DNA of 64,000 nt from the NCBI GenBank assembly GCA_964019335.1, contig OZ025696.1, positions 62,001-126,000 on the forward strand, written 5' to 3'. Below the pieces are notes generated by a model. The model saw only the letters and a program-made list of their open reading frames with translations, was not told where the DNA came from and did no database searches. Of this stretch, positions 43,878 to 53,927 are shown one piece after another (the stretch's first letter is position 1; each line of letters opens with the position of its first letter). Source of the DNA: Diplonema japonicum. Lineage: Eukaryota > Protista > Euglenozoa: Diplonemea. Position numbers and translations under genes: made by a program.

Positions 43878-45560
43878 TCAGTAGCACAGTGTCCTCACAG
43901 AAGGAGGAGGTACCTTGTCCTCCAAACAGGTTCTCAGGTGCTTCTCGTCAGGGGTCTCAGCCTCCTTCATCTCAAGGCCAGTGTGCCCAAGTAAATACCG
44001 CTTCCCAATCATGTTGTACTGCTCATACTTCTTTGTGACCTCATCTATCTGGTACATCCATTCCGTTTCCTCTGCTTCTTTTGGAACAGCTGGTGTCACA
44101 CTGTACAAGAACACCTGTGTGTCCTCAGAGGTGGACTCGTTCTTCAACAACCATTCCTGAAGAATAAGAAGTGTCTGATACACGTGCTCTACTTCCTTTC
44201 GGACCAAATCGTTGCACAGCAACCTGAACCCCATCTTCCTGCACACCCGTTCCATGGCACAACCAAGGTTCGGAAGGTCCCCGATGATGCTGAACTTCCT
44301 CATGGTTGCTGTCCCGAGATCACCACAGTGAACCACACCACCATACACAGCTGCTGTCGTGCCCTCTCCCACAGCCAAGAGACAGAGGACGGTGCACTTC
44401 ATACACGACAGAGCATGCTGCGAGCAAGCCTGTGCTGCATTGAAGGACAGGATCAGCTTGTTCCCAACAAAGGTGTCGAGGATCCCCCTGCATTCCGTTG
44501 CCGCTCTCACTACCTCCTCCACCACCTCTCCGTGGCGTGCTTGGTACCGTACCTTGTCCTCTTGTGACATCTGAAAACTGATGAGGCTCATGGTCACACA
44601 GGATCTCCTCAGTTCCAACCTTTTGAAATTAGCCACAAGATGTTCGCTTGTGGATGATTCGCCGTTACTGCTGACCGCAGTGTTCCGACGAGACAGCTTG
44701 TTGCAAGGGGAACGATCCTGATCACTGGAGCGATCGGCTTCCTCACTGTTGACAAAGCAGGACATGGGGAGGTAGGGGCGGTAGTTCCGAAGGTTGCCGA
44801 CCAACGAGAAGAGCACGCACTTCAGTTCATCCGGAATGTTGTTCTCGTTGTGAAGGCGCAACGCTGCCGTGTCGAGATCGAAGTCAGCCATGCACTGCGC
44901 CACCTCATGCGTGGTGGCGATGGCTGCTTCAACCTTCCGCTGCTCTGACAAGGCCTTCCTTGAAAACCCTCTTGTGAAGTAGAAGTCGAGGAGGAACACA
45001 CTAAGTTGGAACACTGCCGAGAAGAAAACCTCAGAGACAGCCTTAGGGCAAGGAAGGTGTTCACAGTCACAAAACACTTCTCTCCTTTCTTCGTAAGAAG
45101 GTCCGATGTCGAGGTCGTAGAACCCAAAGCGCAGCCATACCTCGAAACCGTTGAGGACAATCCAAAAACAGGCAAAGGACACCACCACGATGGATGCGTA
45201 CGGCCTACACTGAAGAACAAGGAGCAAATCGACAAAGATGATGAGACAGGGCCACATCCTGCCGGAGTTTGTAAGGGAGGTTAAGTAGTCATAGAAGAAT
45301 ACGAAGGGCACAACTGTTATCATAACGAACTCAATTAGAACATCTGGCACCGTCTTCTTGAGAATTATGTACATCACAGAACCAAAGTTAATGAGCCCAA
45401 TGATGGCCATGGATGCTGCCCTCAGGGGGCTTTCTTCTACGCCCATTGCTAAGAACATAATGCATACTGCCACCGTAAAAGATAAAGCAGGCACCATCAG
45501 TTTCTTACGGAAGATCTGTATCTTTGAGTCATCCCAGTTCAACAGACATTGGTGGACCAT
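43878..45560 (-). CDS. Multi-TM degenerate cyclase, paralog 3 (560 aa)
   Basis: Same architecture; C-terminal ~1.1 kb nearly identical to paralog 5. Confidence 0.87.
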   Translation of the reverse strand: MVHQCLLNWDDSKIQIFRKKLMVPALSFTVAVCIMFLAMGVEESPLRAASMAIIGLINFGSVMYIILKKTVPDVLIEFVMITVVPFVFFYDYLTSLTNSGRMWPCLIIFVDLLLVLQCRPYASIVVVSFACFWIVLNGFEVWLRFGFYDLDIGPSYEERREVFCDCEHLPCPKAVSEVFFSAVFQLSVFLLDFYFTRGFSRKALSEQRKVEAAIATTHEVAQCMADFDLDTAALRLHNENNIPDELKCVLFSLVGNLRNYRPYLPMSCFVNSEEADRSSDQDRSPCNKLSRRNTAVSSNGESSTSEHLVANFKRLELRRSCVTMSLISFQMSQEDKVRYQARHGEVVEEVVRAATECRGILDTFVGNKLILSFNAAQACSQHALSCMKCTVLCLLAVGEGTTAAVYGGVVHCGDLGTATMRKFSIIGDLPNLGCAMERVCRKMGFRLLCNDLVRKEVEHVYQTLLILQEWLLKNESTSEDTQVFLYSVTPAVPKEAEETEWMYQIDEVTKKYEQYNMIGKRYLLGHTGLEMKEAETPDEKHLRTCLEDKVPPPSVRTLCY

Positions 45561-45977
45561 TTCTTTTTCCCCCCCTTTGAGTAGAAGTTCAGGCTTTTAA
45601 AAAAGAACGAACAAAGTTTCGTACGTCACGCATCCCGGGGCCTGGGAGGGCCGTCCATGCGCTCGTAATTTGTGCATACGATAAACCAAAAAAGAGGGGA
45701 ATAAAAAGGAGAGGTAGAGAACGTAGGGGAAAAAAAAAAAAAAAAGAAAAGAAAAAGGGGGAAATCAGAGGCATTCTGTTTTTTTCTCCTTTTTTCTGTT
45801 ACAAATATATATCTTTCAAAAAAGAAAAAAAATGATTTTATAACTATATGTGTTTCAGAACACCTCATGTTTTCACGAAAAGAAAATCCGTGTCTGTCCC
45901 CACTTTATCTTTTTCTTTTCTTTCTTCTTTTTTTTTCATCTTTTCTTTTTTTTCTTTTTTTTTGTCAGTGTTTCCCT

Positions 45978-47543
45978 TCAAGCAAACGGGCCCCAGAACC
46001 CTTGGTAGACCCCAAGAGCAGCTTCGCAAGCTGTTGGATCAGGGGAACCACGATCGGGGGAGAATAGCCCCTTGGACTGCAAGTCCATTCTGTCTTTCAA
46101 CTGCTTCCAAACTTCGGGGTGGGTAGGCGCAAGGTTGATATGCTCGGTGGGGTCGCTGAATATATCATAAAGGCACCCTGTAGAAGCTGTGTCACCACAT
46201 TCCTGGACGGCCTGCGAGGAATTCCATGTGGTCGTGGCATTGGGGTACAGAGGCCCAGGCCAGCCTGCTTGACTCACACTACCGATTAGAATCTTGTAAC
46301 GTCCCTTTATGAGCCCGCCAAGCTTTGTTGGAGAAGGCACGAGAATAGTGTCGGAGGAGCCGAGCAAGATTTCATCCCTTGGGGATACAACTGACGTGGT
46401 AGTGAGGTAGTCCCACATATCGATGGAGTCTATTGGAGGAAGGCCTGCTTTTTCCGCTTTCTCGTCGCGAGGGTCCACGCCGGCAAGATTTGCTAATGTT
46501 GCGTACCAATCCCATGCTGTAATGAGGCCTTCCAGTCTGGTCCCTTTGGCCTTCGGGGGGAGGTGTCCGCCTGAGATGAAGGCGTTGGTGCGGATCCCGC
46601 CCTCCCAGTTCGACATTTTCCCGCCTTTCAACGGGTAGTTGTTGCCCGCGTCTCCAGGATACAACGCACCACCGTTGTCAGTGTGCACAATGACCACCGT
46701 TGAGTCCCATAAACCGTTCTGTTTCAAAGAATCTGTTACGTTGCCTATGGCTTCGTCGATGTAGTACGTCATTGCATGGTATATCCTACGCAGGGGGTCA
46801 GATATGAACGAAAACCGATCGAGGTAGCTCTGCGGCACCGCGTAAGGGTTGTGGACAATGTGCGCAGACCAGAACACAAAGAACGGCCTCGCTGGGTTAT
46901 TGATGACGTTGAGGACCCGGTTTGTAAACAGCTCCTCCTCGTAAACACAGTGACGATGCTGCGCTTGCTGCGAACAATCGTCCGTGTTGTTGAGACCCCT
47001 CGCCGGCATATTGGTCTCCCATAGGTCGACCACCCCTGTCCCGTTGCACTCCCCGATTGTCATGTTCCAGTAATCGTTCATGTGGTGGAAGTAGTGAAGT
47101 GAATCGTCATAACCCCTGCCTTGAGGGGTGTGTTCGACAGTTGCCATCCCCGCGTCCCACTTCCCGTACATATGTGTGGAGTAACCTCCTGATTTCATTA
47201 CTTCAGCAAGGCCCGTCATGTTTCTTGGGATCCCGGTGTAGCCGGATATTGTGTCGTTGGGGTTTCGGTAGTCTACGCCAAGGTTCAGGACGTTCACGTG
47301 GACGGGGTTCCTCCCGCTCTGCACTGCGCACCTCGTCGGGCTGCAGAATTTGTACGTGTAGTGTCTATCGAGCTCTATGCCTTCCTTGACAAGTTTGTTC
47401 ATGTGTGGTGTTTGCACATCGGTGTATCCTTGCGGCCTGTGCCACCCTGCATCCGCCCATCCATAGTCGTCTAACAATATGTACAAGATGTTCGGCCGCA
47501 CAGCAGCGAGAGCTGCTAGAAGCACGGTCGGTAACGCCAACAT
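45978..47543 (-). CDS. Secreted/lysosomal formylglycine-dependent sulfatase, arylsulfatase B-like (521 aa)
   Basis: Signal peptide, PNILYILLDDYGW, CSPTR (CxPxR), GKWD, TDNG, GNNYPLKGGK...EGG. Confidence 0.92.
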   Translation of the reverse strand: MLALPTVLLAALAAVRPNILYILLDDYGWADAGWHRPQGYTDVQTPHMNKLVKEGIELDRHYTYKFCSPTRCAVQSGRNPVHVNVLNLGVDYRNPNDTISGYTGIPRNMTGLAEVMKSGGYSTHMYGKWDAGMATVEHTPQGRGYDDSLHYFHHMNDYWNMTIGECNGTGVVDLWETNMPARGLNNTDDCSQQAQHRHCVYEEELFTNRVLNVINNPARPFFVFWSAHIVHNPYAVPQSYLDRFSFISDPLRRIYHAMTYYIDEAIGNVTDSLKQNGLWDSTVVIVHTDNGGALYPGDAGNNYPLKGGKMSNWEGGIRTNAFISGGHLPPKAKGTRLEGLITAWDWYATLANLAGVDPRDEKAEKAGLPPIDSIDMWDYLTTTSVVSPRDEILLGSSDTILVPSPTKLGGLIKGRYKILIGSVSQAGWPGPLYPNATTTWNSSQAVQECGDTASTGCLYDIFSDPTEHINLAPTHPEVWKQLKDRMDLQSKGLFSPDRGSPDPTACEAALGVYQGFWGPFA

Positions 47544-47621
47544 TTTGTTGTTGTCGTCTTATGGAAAAGAAACCTGCAAAGGGGGGTGGAAGGGAAAGAA
47601 AGGGGGGAAAAGAACATCTCA

Positions 47622-48548
47622 CTACAACAAGCATCCTTTTCTAGTCGCATTTGGGGCCGTGCAACCAGCGTTCACCTCTTCGTCGGACGCCCAGCTCCGC
47701 AGCCGCTCGCGAAAAAATGCGCATTTTCCAGCTTGCGACGATATCGTAATCTTCCTCGGTCCGCTCTCACAGCATGCTGCATTGAGCACAGCATCCATCT
47801 CTGCTTGGGGAACGTTGTGGTACCCATTGTAATGTATGCCGTCTGGTGTGCGGGCTGAGGTAGTGAGAGTGATATCTGAAATATCGATGTGACCGGTAAC
47901 ACCTGGGTGGCAGAAGGGGAGAGATGCAAGAACGCTACGGTAGGCGGCTACCTTCCGCGGGTAGTTGCACTCATAGCATAGTGTTTGTTCAGCACAAACT
48001 GTTCGCGCGTGAATAGTACGCAAGCCGAGAATGTAGAGGCTAGCGGTGGGGGGCATGGAACTACGCAGCTCGGTGACGCGGCTCATTGTTTGCGTGAAGA
48101 ATGCGCTGATACCGCATGACCTCTCACCCATGTCCCACAACCCGGGGTTTATAATCACTACGTTTGCAGTCATGAGTGCCGAGATGTACTGCGGATGTTT
48201 CCTGATTGCAGCAAATTCGTGGCCTTCGGGGACTCCTACCATTGGATCGTGGTAGTACTCCAGTCCAGCCGTTTCCCCTGTGTCGTTCCTGTCTCCTCTA
48301 AAAGCGAATCCTTTACTCCCGCCGCTTATGAATCTGGCCATGTTGCGGATTGCTTTGTCCCCTATACTCCCTGCCACCTCATACATTACACTGTCTCCGA
48401 TCAACACGATCTTCCGCTGTTTCAGGCACGTTCTCACCTCCTCTGTTCTGTACTTTCTTATGCTGTTTACCTCCTCCTCCGTCATCATCATGCCGGTGGT
48501 TACAAGTACCGCCATTGCGGCTGCCATCACCTTCGTCGATCTATGCAT
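47622..48548 (-). CDS. SGNH/PC-esterase-like hydrolase or O-acyltransferase (308 aa)
   Basis: N-terminal signal/anchor, LIGDSV, NPGLWD, PDGIHY (DxxH). Start chosen at MHRST. Confidence 0.78.
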   Translation of the reverse strand: MHRSTKVMAAAMAVLVTTGMMMTEEEVNSIRKYRTEEVRTCLKQRKIVLIGDSVMYEVAGSIGDKAIRNMARFISGGSKGFAFRGDRNDTGETAGLEYYHDPMVGVPEGHEFAAIRKHPQYISALMTANVVIINPGLWDMGERSCGISAFFTQTMSRVTELRSSMPPTASLYILGLRTIHARTVCAEQTLCYECNYPRKVAAYRSVLASLPFCHPGVTGHIDISDITLTTSARTPDGIHYNGYHNVPQAEMDAVLNAACCESGPRKITISSQAGKCAFFRERLRSWASDEEVNAGCTAPNATRKGCLL

Positions 48549-48790
48549 ATCTGTTTCCTTTTTTGTTCCTTTTATCTTCCGATCTGTGCATTTCTCTTTT
48601 TTTTCTTTGTTCCCCTCCTCTTTTTGTATTGCGCTTTTGAGTGTAAAGCATAGTCTTCCACAACGAAGCTTATTGAAATAACTTTCTTTTTTTAAATCTT
48701 TTATGACCACCACATCTTTGTACTCGCTCCATTCACTTTGAGAAAACCCAAATTCTTGACTGCCTGTAAAGACAGCCCACTACAATCCCA

Positions 48791-50488
48791 TCAGTAGCAC
48801 AGTGTCCTCACAGAAGGAGGAGGTACCTTGTCCTCCAAACAGGTTCTCAGGTGCTTCTCGTCAGGGGTCTCAGCCTCCTTCATCTCAAGGCCAGTGTGCC
48901 CAAGTAAATACCGCTTCCCAATCATGTTGTACTGCTCATACTTCTTTGTGACCTCATCTATCTGGTACATCCATTCCGTTTCCTCTGCTTCTTTTGGAAC
49001 AGCTGGTGTCACACTGTACAAGAACACCTGTGTGTCCTCAGAGGTGGACTCGTTCTTCAACAACCATTCCTGAAGAATAAGAAGTGTCTGATACACGTGC
49101 TCTACTTCCTTTCGGACCAAATCGTTGCACAGCAACCTGAACCCCATCTTCCTGCACACCCGTTCCATGGCACAACCAAGGTTCGGAAGGTCCCCGATGA
49201 TGCTGAACTTCCTCATGGTTGCTGTCCCGAGATCACCACAGTGAACCACACCACCATACACAGCTGCTGTCGTGCCCTCTCCCACAGCCAAGAGACAGAG
49301 GACGGTGCACTTCATACACGACAGAGCATGCTGCGAGCAAGTTTGTGCTGCATTGAAGGACAGGATCAGCTTGTTCCCAACAAAGGTGTCGAGGATCCCC
49401 CTGCATTCCGTTGCCACTCTCACTACCTCCTCCACCACCTCTCCGTGGCGTGCTTGGTACCGTACCTTGTCCTCCTGTGATAACTTAAAACTGATGAGGC
49501 TCATGGTCACACAGGACTTCCTTAGTTCCGACATTTTGCTACTAGCCATGATGAAACGCTCGCTTGTGGACTTTGTGGATGATTCGAAAATACTGTTCTC
49601 AGGGCTCTTGCGACGAGACAGTATCATGTTGTCACTGGAGCGACTGGATTCGTCACTGTTGACAAAGCAGGACATGGGGAGGTAGGGGCGGTAGTTCCGA
49701 AGGTTGCCGACCAACGAGAAGAGCACGCACTTCAGTTCATCCGGAATGTTGTTCTCGTTGTGAAGGCGCAACGCTGCCGTGTCGAGATCGAAGTCAGCCA
49801 TGCACTGCGCCACCTCATGCGTGGTGGCGATGGCTGCTTCAACCTTCCGCTGCTCTGACAAGGCCTTCCTCGAAAACCTTTTTGTCAAGTAGAAGTCGAA
49901 AAGGAAAACGCACATCTGCAGGCCATAATTTTCAATAGCAATACTTGCGCTTTTCTTGCAAGGCAGATGATCACAATCGCAAAGGTCGGTCTTCCTAGTC
50001 TCGTGCGAAGTTGTGAAGCTAAGGTCATAGAACCCAAAGCGAAGCATATCCTCAATACAGAGAAAGAAAAGCCACAGGCAGGCAGTGATGGCAACTACCT
50101 TTATGGCGTACTGCCTGCCCTTCATCAACAAAAGGCAGTCAATGAGCACTACGAAAGCGGGCCATCCTCGTGTCGTGCCCTCAATGACGCTGTAGTAATC
50201 TGTAACGAGGGTGGGAACAATGAAAGTAAGGGCGGAGAACTCGACCAAATAGTCTGGCGCACGCTTTGTGATTAACAGAACAGAAAGAATGATAGTCGCG
50301 CTCGCCAAGCCCCACAAGGACATTAAAGTAAGCACCATATTCCTGTAGGATATCATACCTACACAGCAAACGATCACTGTTATAATAGTTGCCCAACCCA
50401 AGAGCTTCTTGCGAATGATCTGAATCGAACTGTCATCAGGGCGTATGAGGTACCGCCACAACGATTCAAGACGCTTGCAAGCCATCAT
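48791..50488 (-). CDS. Multi-TM degenerate cyclase, paralog 4 (565 aa), chimeric
   Basis: N-terminal half resembles paralog 2; C-terminal half is nearly identical to paralogs 3 and 5. Confidence 0.87.
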   Translation of the reverse strand: MMACKRLESLWRYLIRPDDSSIQIIRKKLLGWATIITVIVCCVGMISYRNMVLTLMSLWGLASATIILSVLLITKRAPDYLVEFSALTFIVPTLVTDYYSVIEGTTRGWPAFVVLIDCLLLMKGRQYAIKVVAITACLWLFFLCIEDMLRFGFYDLSFTTSHETRKTDLCDCDHLPCKKSASIAIENYGLQMCVFLFDFYLTKRFSRKALSEQRKVEAAIATTHEVAQCMADFDLDTAALRLHNENNIPDELKCVLFSLVGNLRNYRPYLPMSCFVNSDESSRSSDNMILSRRKSPENSIFESSTKSTSERFIMASSKMSELRKSCVTMSLISFKLSQEDKVRYQARHGEVVEEVVRVATECRGILDTFVGNKLILSFNAAQTCSQHALSCMKCTVLCLLAVGEGTTAAVYGGVVHCGDLGTATMRKFSIIGDLPNLGCAMERVCRKMGFRLLCNDLVRKEVEHVYQTLLILQEWLLKNESTSEDTQVFLYSVTPAVPKEAEETEWMYQIDEVTKKYEQYNMIGKRYLLGHTGLEMKEAETPDEKHLRTCLEDKVPPPSVRTLCY

Positions 50489-50584
50489 CTCACCTGTAAG
50501 AAGTACTGTATTGTACTTAAGAAACATGACATTTAAGATGCATCTCAAAAAGCTGCCTGTAAAGACAGCCCACTACAAAACCCA

Positions 50585-52264
50585 TCAGTAGCACAGTGTC
50601 CTCACAGAAGGAGGAGGTACCTTGTCCTCCAAACAGGTTCTCAGGTGCTTCTCGTCAGGGGTCTCAGCCTCCTTCATCTCAAGGCCAGTGTGCCCAAGTA
50701 AATACCGCTTCCCAATCATGTTGTACTGCTCATACTTCTTTGTGACCTCATCTATCTGGTACATCCATTCCGTTTCCTCTGCTTCTTTTGGAACAGCTGG
50801 TGTCACACTGTACAAGAACACCTGTGTGTCCTCAGAGGTGGACTCGTTCTTCAACAACCATTCCTGAAGAATAAGAAGTGTCTGATACACGTGCTCTACT
50901 TCCTTTCGGACCAAATCGTTGCACAGCAACCTGAACCCCATCTTCCTGCACACCCGTTCCATGGCACAACCAAGGTTCGGAAGGTCCCCGATGATGCTGA
51001 ACTTCCTCATGGTTGCTGTCCCGAGATCACCACAGTGAACCACACCACCATACACAGCTGCTGTCGTGCCCTCTCCCACAGCCAAGAGACAGAGGACGGT
51101 GCACTTCATACACGACAGAGCATGCTGCGAGCAAGTTTGTGCTGCATTGAAGGACAGGATCAGCTTGTTCCCAACAAAGGTGTCGAGGATCCCCCTGCAT
51201 TCCGTTGCCACTCTCACTACCTCCTCCACCACCTCTCCGTGGCGTGCTTGGTACCGTACCTTGTCCTCTTGTGACATCTGAAAACTGATGAGGCTCATGG
51301 TCACACAGGATCTCCTCAGTTCCAACCTTTTGAAATTAACCACAAGATGTTCGCTTGTGGATGATTCGCCGTTACTGCTGACCGCAGTGTTCCGACGAGA
51401 CAGCTTGTTGCAAGGGGAACGATCCTGATCACTGGAGCGATCGGCTTCCTCACTGTTGACAAAGCAGGACATGGGGAGGTAGGGGCGGTAGTTCCGAAGG
51501 TTGCCGACCAACGAGAAGAGCACGCACTTCAGTTCATCCGGAATGTTGTTCTCGTTGTGAAGGCGCAACGCTGCCGTGTCGAGATCGAAGTCAGCCATGC
51601 ACTGCGCCACCTCATGCGTGGTGGCGATGGCTGCTTCAACCTTCCGCTGCTCTGACAAGGCCTTAGTCGCAAACCCTCTTGTGAAGTAGAAGTCGAGGAG
51701 GAACACAGCTATCTGGAACACTGCCGAAAAAGATGCCTGAGTGACAGGCTTCGAGCAAGGAAGGTGATCGCAGCCACAAACGTCAGCCCTCCTTTCTTCG
51801 TAAGAAGGTCCGATGTCGAGGTCGTAGAACCCAAAGCGCAGCCATACCTCGAAACCGTTGAGGACAATCCAAAAACAGGCAAAGGACACCAACATGATGG
51901 TTGCGTACGGCCTACACTGAAGAACAAGGAGATAATCAACAAAGAGAATTAAGAGGGGCCATGTCCTTTCCGAGTTACGCAAAATGTTATGGTAATCATA
52001 AAAACACACGAGGGGAACCATCACCAGGACCAGGAGCTCTGTTACAAGGTCTGGCGCTGCTTTCACGAAACCAACATACAGCAGAGTACCAAGATTGAAA
52101 CATGTCACAGTTGAATACAAAGATGCTATCACGAGGTTCGGTGACAACGGTAGTGACAACCCTGCAGTTGCCACTGAGAACAAGCATGTTACCAGTATCA
52201 ATTTCTTGCGGTATATCTGCAGCTCAGAGTCACCCGGGTTGAATAGGTGGCTTAGTAAACCCAT
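50585..52264 (-). CDS. Multi-TM degenerate cyclase, paralog 5 (559 aa)
   Basis: Same architecture; first ATG at 52264 (MGLL). Confidence 0.87.
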   Translation of the reverse strand: MGLLSHLFNPGDSELQIYRKKLILVTCLFSVATAGLSLPLSPNLVIASLYSTVTCFNLGTLLYVGFVKAAPDLVTELLVLVMVPLVCFYDYHNILRNSERTWPLLILFVDYLLVLQCRPYATIMLVSFACFWIVLNGFEVWLRFGFYDLDIGPSYEERRADVCGCDHLPCSKPVTQASFSAVFQIAVFLLDFYFTRGFATKALSEQRKVEAAIATTHEVAQCMADFDLDTAALRLHNENNIPDELKCVLFSLVGNLRNYRPYLPMSCFVNSEEADRSSDQDRSPCNKLSRRNTAVSSNGESSTSEHLVVNFKRLELRRSCVTMSLISFQMSQEDKVRYQARHGEVVEEVVRVATECRGILDTFVGNKLILSFNAAQTCSQHALSCMKCTVLCLLAVGEGTTAAVYGGVVHCGDLGTATMRKFSIIGDLPNLGCAMERVCRKMGFRLLCNDLVRKEVEHVYQTLLILQEWLLKNESTSEDTQVFLYSVTPAVPKEAEETEWMYQIDEVTKKYEQYNMIGKRYLLGHTGLEMKEAETPDEKHLRTCLEDKVPPPSVRTLCY

Positions 52265-52370
52265 CTTTCCATTCAGGTGCTGCAGAAAAAGTGGGGAGGA
52301 CAAGAAAACTCTGCTTTGAAATGAAGCGATTAACACTAACTAGAGAGGGAAAAAAAAGAAGCAAATGGGG

Positions 52371-52397
52371 CTAAGACAAGCAACAGCACCCAGGATT
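52371..52397 (-). pseudogene. Tiny remnant of a third Ubl-LRR copy (NPGCCCLS*)
   Basis: ctaagacaagcaacagcacccaggatt encodes the same C-terminus as 52458-52484. Confidence 0.55.
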
Positions 52398-52457
52398 TTA
52401 AGCAACTTTTCAGAGGGCTCACCTCATTTGAGGAGATCCTCGTAAACGGTGGTTAAG

Positions 52458-53600
52458 CTAAGACAGGCAGCAGCACCCAGGGTTAGCAACACGATCTTTC
52501 TCAGGGACCCCCGTATCAGCAAGAAAATCACCGCCAATTTCAACATTTTTCAGAGGCCTCAGATCAATCTCTCTAAGAGCCTCGCAACCAGCTAAAAAGT
52601 CGTCCCCAATACGCCTCACCCCCGCTAAAGGAGCCAGATCAATTGAGGAGATCTTCGTATATGTGAGAAACCCGTTCCCGATTGTCTCCACGCGACGCAG
52701 CTGCGAGAGGTCGATGGTGGTGAGGAGCGAGCCTGAGAAGAAGGAGTTGCCGATTTCCCTCAAGTTCGTCAGAGAACTCAAATCAACTGTTTTGACCCCG
52801 CTCATGCTTAAAAAAAAATCCCCTATGCTCCGTACATTCTTGAGAGGGGATAAATCGACCTTCTTCATACCGCGACTGTGAGATAGGAACCCGTTTGAGA
52901 TCTTACGGAGAGAAGGCGGGAGAACGACGGAGGTGAGACAAGAGTGAAAAAGGAACTGATCCCCCACAGAGGTCACACTCGTGAGACCCGAGAGATCCAC
53001 TGTGTCCACGTTTAAGTCAACCCTGCCTTCTGGACCAGTGAAACATGATGCAAGGAAATTACTGCCTATACTGGTGACCTTTGGAAGATCAAAGGAAATA
53101 TTGAGGGGTTTAGTCGCAAATGGACTTAAACTGTACATCCATTCCTCGGTATCTCTCGAACCCATTGCAGAAATAGAAGTCACCTGACCCATAGGGTCTG
53201 TCAGTTTGAGGTTCCGCACTGTGAGTATATATGAAAACACGATGGCCAAGTCAAGCACACCGCCAGCAACGTTTGATGCATTCACCACAACAAGGAGGTT
53301 GGGATCGCTTTCCACACGTGTCATGATCATGTTCTTTTGGATCGGTAGATGTTCCAAACGGATGTGAAGCCCAATCATGTCACTCAATGTTAACTCGCAC
53401 TCATTCGAAAGACCAGTGTCCTGTATTTGTTTTCCCGGGTCGCTTTCCAGCTCCGCTCCCTCGTAGTACAGCACAAAGGACCCGTCAGCAAAACCAGTTG
53501 CATTCGCTGTTTTCCTGTACAAATGCTGCAGTGTCTCATCACCAGGAAGGTCCAAGGAGTGGACCCCTTGAAGCGTTCTCACGGTCACGGTGATGCTCAT
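52458..53600 (-). CDS. Ubiquitin-like domain + BspA/LRR_5-type repeats + C-terminal CaaX (380 aa)
   Basis: MSITVTVRTLQG...LYYEGAEL...IQDTGL is a ubiquitin-fold pattern; ~7-8 repeats xDLSxLxxVxxIGxxFL; ends GCCCLS. Confidence 0.82.
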   Translation of the reverse strand: MSITVTVRTLQGVHSLDLPGDETLQHLYRKTANATGFADGSFVLYYEGAELESDPGKQIQDTGLSNECELTLSDMIGLHIRLEHLPIQKNMIMTRVESDPNLLVVVNASNVAGGVLDLAIVFSYILTVRNLKLTDPMGQVTSISAMGSRDTEEWMYSLSPFATKPLNISFDLPKVTSIGSNFLASCFTGPEGRVDLNVDTVDLSGLTSVTSVGDQFLFHSCLTSVVLPPSLRKISNGFLSHSRGMKKVDLSPLKNVRSIGDFFLSMSGVKTVDLSSLTNLREIGNSFFSGSLLTTIDLSQLRRVETIGNGFLTYTKISSIDLAPLAGVRRIGDDFLAGCEALREIDLRPLKNVEIGGDFLADTGVPEKDRVANPGCCCLS

Positions 53601-53927
53601 TTTCCGTTTTTACTTTCTCTTTAGAGGGGGCAGGAGGGGCTATGTTGGCAGGTAAACGCGTTTCTTTTTTTTTCTTTGGAGCTGTTTCCTTAACGAGAAA
53701 GAACAATGGGAAGATTCGCTGCCCTCTGACCTTCTTCTGAATGCACTTGTGTACGCTTCCAGCTTTCTCTTCGAGAAGCCGGTCCCGTTTTGCCACCACT
53801 GAAAAATAAAAAAGCTCAAATGAAAACAAACAAAGGGCTGCAGAAAAGGGGAAAACGAAGCAAAATCGCAAAAGGGTCAACTTATTACACTAAAAGTGAA
53901 CTGGGGGGGTGGTTAAGCTACGACAAG

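Noticed and set aside
48446-48456. TTCTGTACTTT resembling the 3' part of a euglenozoan spliced leader
   Set aside because: An 11-nt match, antisense within a CDS; the rest of the leader is absent.
48461-48500. MTEEEVNS in the SGNH gene resembles MTDEEVNS read from the SINE antisense strand
   Set aside because: Only ~30 bp, opposite relative orientation, no flanking homology, and the SINE sequence is explained by ribozyme P3/L3/P1. Treated as chance.
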